Below, one piece after another: positions 58,601 through 64,000 of a DNA stretch of 64,000 bases (position 1 is its first letter; the number at the start of each line of letters is the position of its first letter). The position numbers and the translations under genes were made by a program. Origin of the DNA: Candidatus Saccharimonadales bacterium (GTDB lineage: Bacteria; Patescibacteriota; Saccharimonadia; Saccharimonadales; UBA10212); contig DATIHL010000011.1 of the NCBI GenBank assembly GCA_035480715.1, positions 14,722 to 78,721 of the forward strand, read 5' to 3'. A model generated the notes under the pieces. That model ran no database searches. It was not told where the DNA came from and was given only the letters and a program-made list of their open reading frames with translations.

Positions 58601-59929
58601 ATGGCTTTATCAACTCAGCCCTATAAGGGAGCGAGGGATTTTTATCCTGAAGACAAGCGCGTCCAGAAGCACGTGTTTAATGTTCTTAGACGTGTGGTTG
58701 AAAGTTTTGGCTATCAAGAATACGACGCGCCAATTATCGAGCCGATCGAGCTTTATTTGAGCAAGACAAGCGAGGAAATCGTAGTCGAGCAAACATTTGT
58801 ATTTACAGACCGGGGTGGTAGAACAGTAACACTTAGGCCAGAAATGACACCGACAGTCAGCCGTATGGTAGCCGCTAAGCGACAAGAGTTGGCCTATCCG
58901 CTTAGGTGGTACAGTATTCCAAATCTTTGGCGCTATGAGCGTCCTCAAGCCGGTAGACTACGCGAACACTGGCAGCTGAACGTTGATATTTTTGGGGTAG
59001 CGGGAATCGAAGCCGACCACGAAATTATTTTGATAGCCGATAAGATTTTGAAAGCTTTTGACGCCAAGCCCGAAAACTACACGATTAAAGTTAATAGCCG
59101 GCAGTTACTAAATTGGTTTTTCTTGGATAGCTTCCGACTTGACCACTCTCAAATCCAGCCCTTAGCGCGGCTAATAGATAAAAAAGATAAGTTAGCCGAG
59201 AAAGAATTTAAAGATGCCGCCCAAGCCATACTCAGCCCTGCACAGCAAGAAGCCGGTGTTTTATCCCAACTTGAGGAGCTGTTGAAAGTCAAAACACTGG
59301 GCGAGCTACCGCTTGTTGTGCAACAACACCCGGCCGCTAAGCAATTGCAACATCTAATGACTTTACTGATGGCAAGCGGTGTGCAAAGCGCGATTTTTGA
59401 TCCATCACTGATGCGTGGCTTTGATTATTACACCGACATAGTATTTGAGGTTTTTGACAACAATCCTGACAATAATCGCTCGATGTTTGGCGGTGGCCGC
59501 TACGACGGCTTGGTCAGCGCGTTTGGCGTAGAGGCTGTGCCGACAGTAGGTTTTGGCATGGGTGATGTTACGTTGCAGGCTTTTTTGGAGGGTCATAAAT
59601 TGTTGCCAAGCTTCGAACCGGAAACCGACGCTACGGCGATTTTAATAGGCGATGTTTACGAAGCCGCCCAAAAAACACTAGCTATGCTGCGCCAAGAAGG
59701 TCTAAGGTTAGCAGTTGATAGCACAGGTCGCAAAGTTGACACGCAGATTAAGAGTGCCGCCAAGGCAGGCATCCCGTACGTCATATTTATAGGGGAACAC
59801 GAACTAGACAGTCAGCGTTTTAAGCTTAAGGATTTAAGGTCTGGCGAAGAAAAAGAACTATCGATGGAAAGAATGGTCAGTACATTGGCCGCGCGTCACC
59901 GTCAACACGAGGCTGATGATCTGGAATGA
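58601..59929 (+). CDS. hisS: Histidine--tRNA ligase
   Basis: KGARDF, LRPEMT, RYERPQAGRLRE, RGFDYYT, GGGRYD. Confidence 0.97.
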   Translation: MALSTQPYKGARDFYPEDKRVQKHVFNVLRRVVESFGYQEYDAPIIEPIELYLSKTSEEIVVEQTFVFTDRGGRTVTLRPEMTPTVSRMVAAKRQELAYPLRWYSIPNLWRYERPQAGRLREHWQLNVDIFGVAGIEADHEIILIADKILKAFDAKPENYTIKVNSRQLLNWFFLDSFRLDHSQIQPLARLIDKKDKLAEKEFKDAAQAILSPAQQEAGVLSQLEELLKVKTLGELPLVVQQHPAAKQLQHLMTLLMASGVQSAIFDPSLMRGFDYYTDIVFEVFDNNPDNNRSMFGGGRYDGLVSAFGVEAVPTVGFGMGDVTLQAFLEGHKLLPSFEPETDATAILIGDVYEAAQKTLAMLRQEGLRLAVDSTGRKVDTQIKSAAKAGIPYVIFIGEHELDSQRFKLKDLRSGEEKELSMERMVSTLAARHRQHEADDLE

Positions 59930-61215
59930 AAGTAACCAGAACAGATAAAACCCCGACGCAAGTAACGTTGGTAGTGGAGGCCGATAACGCGGCTCTAGAG
60001 CCCATTAAGCGACATGTCTTAGCGCACTTTAGACATTCGGTGAAGATACCCGGTTTTAGAGCCGGTACGGCACCGATGGCGCTGGTAGAGAAAAATATCG
60101 ACCAGCAGCAACTGCTGGATGAATTTATGGAACATGCGTTAAATCAGCTTTACGGCAAAGCAATCCAGCAGGAGAACCTAAGGCCGATCGGACAACCTAA
60201 TGTCCAGCTCAAAAAATTTGTGCCTTTTACTAATTTACAATTCGATGTTGAAACTGAAGTTATCGGGCCGGTAACGCTGCCGGATTATAAAAAGATTAAA
60301 CTGGATAAAAAGCCACCAGTCGTAGATGCCCATGCGGTTAATGAAGTTGTTAAATCGCTTCAGCAGCGAATGGCAGATAAAAAAGAAGTCCAGCGCCCGG
60401 CTAAAAACGGCGACGAGCTTGTAATAGATTTTAGCGGCACGGATAAAGACGGAAAGCCAGTGAGTGGCACAGATGCCAAAGACTACCCATTGACCCTTGG
60501 CAAAGGTAGCTTTATTCCTGGTTTTGAAGAGAATTTGATCGGCCTTAAAGCGGGCGAAAATAAAAAATTTACTGTCAAATTTCCAAGCGACTACGGTGTT
60601 GCAGCCCTGCAAAATAAGGATGTGACTTTTGCAGTCGATCTAAAAAAGGTTAACGAGTTAAGCATTTCTAAAGCTGATGATGCATTTGCTGCTAAAGTCG
60701 GTCCATTTAAAACATTGGCTGAGCTAAAAGTCGATATTAAAAAGCAGCTTAAGCTTGAGCAACAGCAACAGGCGGACAGAGATTTCGAAAATCGGCTAAT
60801 CGGCGAAATTGCCGCTCAATCCAGTGTGGAAATTCCGGATAGCATGGTCGAAGAAGAAATAACGCGCATGGAAGATGAGGAAAAGCGCAATTTAACTTAC
60901 CGCGGCCAAACGTGGCAGGAACATTTAGCTGAAGAAGGTATTAATGAAGAGCAACACCGTGAGCGCCAGCGGCCGCAGGCGCAGGAACGAATCAAAGCCG
61001 GTCTTGTTTTGAGCGAAATTGCAGAAAAAGAAAATATTACAGTTACGCCGGAAGAAATTGAAACTAGGATTCAACTATTAAAAGGCCAGTACCAGGATCA
61101 AGCCATGCAGGCAGAGCTTGATAAGCCTAATTCTCGTCGCGACATTGAGTCTCGCTTAATGACCGAAAAAACCATCGAAAAACTAGTCAGCTATTCATCA
61201 AAGCAGCAATCCTAA
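59926..61215 (+). CDS. tig: Trigger factor
   Basis: IPGFRAG ribosome-binding loop, FIPGFEENL FKBP domain; precedes clpP. Confidence 0.96.
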   Translation: MKVTRTDKTPTQVTLVVEADNAALEPIKRHVLAHFRHSVKIPGFRAGTAPMALVEKNIDQQQLLDEFMEHALNQLYGKAIQQENLRPIGQPNVQLKKFVPFTNLQFDVETEVIGPVTLPDYKKIKLDKKPPVVDAHAVNEVVKSLQQRMADKKEVQRPAKNGDELVIDFSGTDKDGKPVSGTDAKDYPLTLGKGSFIPGFEENLIGLKAGENKKFTVKFPSDYGVAALQNKDVTFAVDLKKVNELSISKADDAFAAKVGPFKTLAELKVDIKKQLKLEQQQQADRDFENRLIGEIAAQSSVEIPDSMVEEEITRMEDEEKRNLTYRGQTWQEHLAEEGINEEQHRERQRPQAQERIKAGLVLSEIAEKENITVTPEEIETRIQLLKGQYQDQAMQAELDKPNSRRDIESRLMTEKTIEKLVSYSSKQQS

Positions 61216-61242
61216 TTAGCACTCTTGACTTGAGAGTGCTAA
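61216..61242 (+). promoter_or_regulatory. Perfect CIRCE (HrcA operator) overlapping the clpP promoter
   Basis: TTAGCACTC-TTGACTTGA-GAGTGCTAA; TTGACT (61225-61230)-N17-TAAAAT (61248-61253). Confidence 0.92.
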
Positions 61243-61261
61243 TTCCATAAAATAGAAACAT

Positions 61262-61891
61262 ATGGGTAGATCAACGAACCAAATCTTGATTCCAACAGTT
61301 ATCGAACAGGAGGGTCGTTTTGAGCGGGCTTATGACATCTATAGCCGCCTGCTACGCGACCGTATTATTTTTTTGGGTGGCGAAATTAACGAGCACACCG
61401 CTAACTTGGTAGTTGCCCAAATGCTTTTTTTGGAAAACGAAAGCTCGGAAAAAGACATCATCTTTTATATTAATGGCCCAGGCGGCAGTGTTTACGATGC
61501 TTTTGCCATCTACGACACTATGCAATACGTTAAATGTGACATTCAGACCGTGGGTGTGGGTATTCAAGCCAGCGCGGCGGCTTTTCTACTAAGCTCGGGC
61601 ACCAAAGGTAAAAGACTACTCTTGCCTCACGCGACAGTTATGATCCACCAGCCGGCTGCCGCTACACGCGGTAAAGTTACAGATATGGAAATTGACCTAC
61701 GTGAAGGCCTTAGGATGAAGAAGCTAATGAATGAAATATTGTCTAAAAACACCGGCCAGCCGCTAAAGAGAATCGAACAGGACGTCGAGCGAGATTTTTG
61801 GATGAGTGCCGATGAAGCTAAAAAGTACGGCCTGGTTGATAAGGTGATAGATAGTCGAAAAGTAGCAGAAACCGTTCAAAGAACTGCTTAG
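61262..61891 (+). CDS. clpP: ATP-dependent Clp protease proteolytic subunit
   Basis: [19 protein letters not shown] (Ser), MIHQP (His), ERDFWM (Asp). Confidence 0.97.
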   Translation: MGRSTNQILIPTVIEQEGRFERAYDIYSRLLRDRIIFLGGEINEHTANLVVAQMLFLENESSEKDIIFYINGPGGSVYDAFAIYDTMQYVKCDIQTVGVGIQASAAAFLLSSGTKGKRLLLPHATVMIHQPAAATRGKVTDMEIDLREGLRMKKLMNEILSKNTGQPLKRIEQDVERDFWMSADEAKKYGLVDKVIDSRKVAETVQRTA

Positions 61892-61925
61892 TAGACAATT
61901 CTACAACACATTTTTCTGTGGATAC

Positions 61926-61954
61926 TTGACCACAACACCTTATTTCGGTATCAT
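61926..61954 (+). promoter_or_regulatory. Candidate rpoB promoter TTGACC-N17-TATCAT
   Basis: Near-consensus hexamers with 17-bp spacing, ~140 nt upstream of rpoB. Confidence 0.6.
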
Positions 61955-62096
61955 ATTAACCAAGAAGTAGTATACTTTGGTGTTTATTGTGTCTGCAGCA
62001 AAGAGCATCGAATGTAGTGGGCTTCGCATAAGCGATATAACAACATTATAACTACATAATTTTAATCTAAGGGAGTAAGGGGAGCATTGCTTTTTG

Positions 62097-64000
62097 ATGG
62101 CCAAAGCAACTAAGCCGAGTACAGCTCGGCAGTACTTTACAAAAACAGACGACGTATTAAATCCACCAGATCTAGTTTCGCACCAAAATAGTTCATTCCA
62201 ATGGTTTGTGCGAGAAGGCTTAGGCGAACTTTTAGAAGAAGTCAGCCCAATCGATGATTATACCGGCACAAAACTTAGCCTTAGTTTTAAAGGCTATCAT
62301 TTTGATGTACCAAAAATGACCGAATCAGAGGCGCGCGAGAATAACGTCAGTTTTGAAGCGCCACTCAAGGCGGTCGTAGAACTGACAAATAAAGTAACCG
62401 GCGAGGTTAAAGAACAGGAAATTTATCTTGGTGATTATCCGTGGATGACTACCCGCGGCACTTTTGTGATAAACGGTGCTGAGCGTGTAGTCGTTAGCCA
62501 GCTGATACGTTCCAGCGGTGTTTTCTTTACGTCTGATCCGCATGGTACTACCAGCTTATATGGCGCAAAGGTTATTCCTGTACGTGGCGCCTGGCTAGAG
62601 TTTGAAACATCTTCTGGCGGCGCTCTATATGTCAAAATTGATCGCAAGCGCAAAATTGCGGTTACTACACTACTTAGAGCACTCGGCATGACACAGGAAC
62701 AAATTAAAGAGGCATTTGCTCACGTTGATCAAGGATCTACAAATTATATAGACGCCACTTTAGAAAAAGACCCTACCAGCAGCACTAACGAAGCCCTGAT
62801 TGAGGTATATCGCCGCCTGCGACCTGGTGATCTAGCGACTGTCGATAACGCCCGCTCATTAATTGAAAATATGCTCTATAACTTTAAGCGATTTGACTTT
62901 GGCCGCGTTGGCCGCTACAAACTCAACAAGCGACTTGATTTAGATGTGCCAAATACAAATAAGAACCGCGTAGTACGGATTGATGACCTTATTGCCATTA
63001 TTGCAGAGGTGATCAGACTCAATAATACTCAAGATCCGGCTGACGAAATCGACTCATTGGCTAATCGTCGCGTGAAGTTGGTCGGTGAACTGGTGCAGCG
63101 ACAATTCCGTATTGGCCTGCTGCGCATGGAGCGCAACGCCAAAGACCGCATGTCGATGTCCGAAATCGAAACGGTCACACCGGCTCAGCTTATAAATGCG
63201 CGACCTGTAGTAGCAGCTGTACGTGAATTTTTTGCGAGCTCGCAACTTAGCCAATTTATGGATCAGATAAATCCACTTTCTGAATTAGCGCATAAAAGAC
63301 GTCTAAGCTCAATGGGCCCTGGCGGTCTTTCGCGCGAGCGAGCCGGTTTTGAGGTGCGCGACGCTCACGCAACTCACTATGGCCGCATTTGCCCGGTAGA
63401 AACGCCTGAAGGCGCCAACATCGGACTAGTGCTTAATCTGGCTAGTTATGCTCGCATTAATGAATACGGCTTTGTAGAAACGCCGTATCGCCGAGTTATT
63501 AATGCTGTCAGCGCCAAAGAAGCCGCAGGTTATATAGCAGCCACCAATCTGGAGAATGCTCGTGGAACAGTTATCGTTAAGTCCGGCGCAGTAATAACAT
63601 CGGCCGCTGCCAAAAAACTGGCTACTGTTAAAGAACAAAAAACCTGGCCAGTTAAGGCAAAAGTTACCAACGAAATAATTTATCTTGATGCCGCTGAAGA
63701 AGAGCAAGCTATCATTGCCGGTGCCGGTAACGAGATTGATGAAAACGGCTATTTCATAGAACCGCGTGTCAGCGCCCGCACCCGATTAAATCCAGGGGAA
63801 GTTGACTCTAATGAAGTTACCCATATGGACTCCAGCCGCTCGCAAACTATCGGTTCTAGTGCGGGTTTAATTCCCTTTGTCGAAAAAAATTACGTGCTGC
63901 GCTCACTAATGGGATCTAACCAACAACGCCAGGCAGTGCCCTTGATAAAGCCAGAAGCGCCGATTGTCGGTACAGGATTTGAATCCGTAGTAGCGCGCAA
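62097..64000 (+). CDS. rpoB: DNA-directed RNA polymerase beta subunit, 3'-truncated by window edge (absent from ORF track)
   Basis: Hand translation gives MAKATKPSTARQYF…PDLVSHQ…GTFVINGAERVVVSQL…SSQLSQFMDQINPLSELAHKRRLS…HYGRICPVETPEG…MGSNQQRQAVP. Confidence 0.97.
   Translation, partial: MAKATKPSTARQYFTKTDDVLNPPDLVSHQNSSFQWFVREGLGELLEEVSPIDDYTGTKLSLSFKGYHFDVPKMTESEARENNVSFEAPLKAVVELTNKVTGEVKEQEIYLGDYPWMTTRGTFVINGAERVVVSQLIRSSGVFFTSDPHGTTSLYGAKVIPVRGAWLEFETSSGGALYVKIDRKRKIAVTTLLRALGMTQEQIKEAFAHVDQGSTNYIDATLEKDPTSSTNEALIEVYRRLRPGDLATVDNARSLIENMLYNFKRFDFGRVGRYKLNKRLDLDVPNTNKNRVVRIDDLIAIIAEVIRLNNTQDPADEIDSLANRRVKLVGELVQRQFRIGLLRMERNAKDRMSMSEIETVTPAQLINARPVVAAVREFFASSQLSQFMDQINPLSELAHKRRLSSMGPGGLSRERAGFEVRDAHATHYGRICPVETPEGANIGLVLNLASYARINEYGFVETPYRRVINAVSAKEAAGYIAATNLENARGTVIVKSGAVITSAAAKKLATVKEQKTWPVKAKVTNEIIYLDAAEEEQAIIAGAGNEIDENGYFIEPRVSARTRLNPGEVDSNEVTHMDSSRSQTIGSSAGLIPFVEKNYVLRSLMGSNQQRQAVPLIKPEAPIVGTGFESVVAR

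Noticed and set aside
61917-61925. DnaA-box-like TGTGGATAC upstream of rpoB
   Set aside because: Single mismatched copy with no box cluster; not evidence for an origin.
63225-63330. Rifampicin-resistance substitutions in RpoB cluster I
   Set aside because: The key Q, D, H, R and S residues (SQFMDQ…HKRRLS) are canonical. Only a conservative L-to-M change follows, which is not enough to claim resistance.
1004-63707. Dozens of 60-180 aa ORFs antisense to or nested in long genes (e.g. 44437-44985, 36251-36757, 62325-63707)
   Set aside because: They are shadows of well-supported housekeeping genes and show no motifs. Those at 62-64 kb lie opposite rpoB.
1-64000. CRISPR array, rRNA, transposase, defence island, or recoded TGA (code 25)
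   Set aside because: No regularly spaced repeats, rRNA-like tracts or transposase motifs were seen. TGA serves as a normal stop (pheS, gatA, hisS) and core genes are full length under code 11.

Overview
This is a gene-dense chromosomal segment with about 60 CDSs and one tRNA-Leu(TAG), made up almost entirely of housekeeping genes. It most likely comes from a Patescibacteria/CPR genome, probably Candidatus Saccharibacteria. That assignment is an inference from gene content, protein style and standard code 11 (TGA used as stop). Left to right the window holds: a redox cluster (ApbE flavin transferase, an RnfD/NqrB-membrane + FNR fusion, type II NADH dehydrogenase); an MFS exporter; a Fur/Zur + ZIP pair; rmuC; pheS-(flavin reductase)-pheT; nrdH-like/trxB; a cupredoxin; ppa; a gap-rpiB-rpe-tktN-tktC-EamA-fba-pfkB carbon cluster with no transaldolase; uvrB; gatCAB; dnaE; a PilB/GspE ATPase; rplS-rnhB-yraN; nusA; clpC; radA; PBP1A; tyrS; recG; hisS-tig-clpP; and the 5' part of rpoB, which is missing from the ORF track. 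I saw no CRISPR array, prophage or transposase. The most notable signals are the flavinylation-type electron-transfer cluster, three unexplained highly structured intergenic elements (one of 171 nt with terminal inverted repeats), pervasive leaderless or short-leader gene starts, CIRCE operators with a -35 hexamer in their spacer upstream of clpC and clpP, a terminator-like attenuator in the nusA leader, and long acidic tails on GAPDH, L19 and NusA. All calls come from reading motifs by eye; no searches were run.
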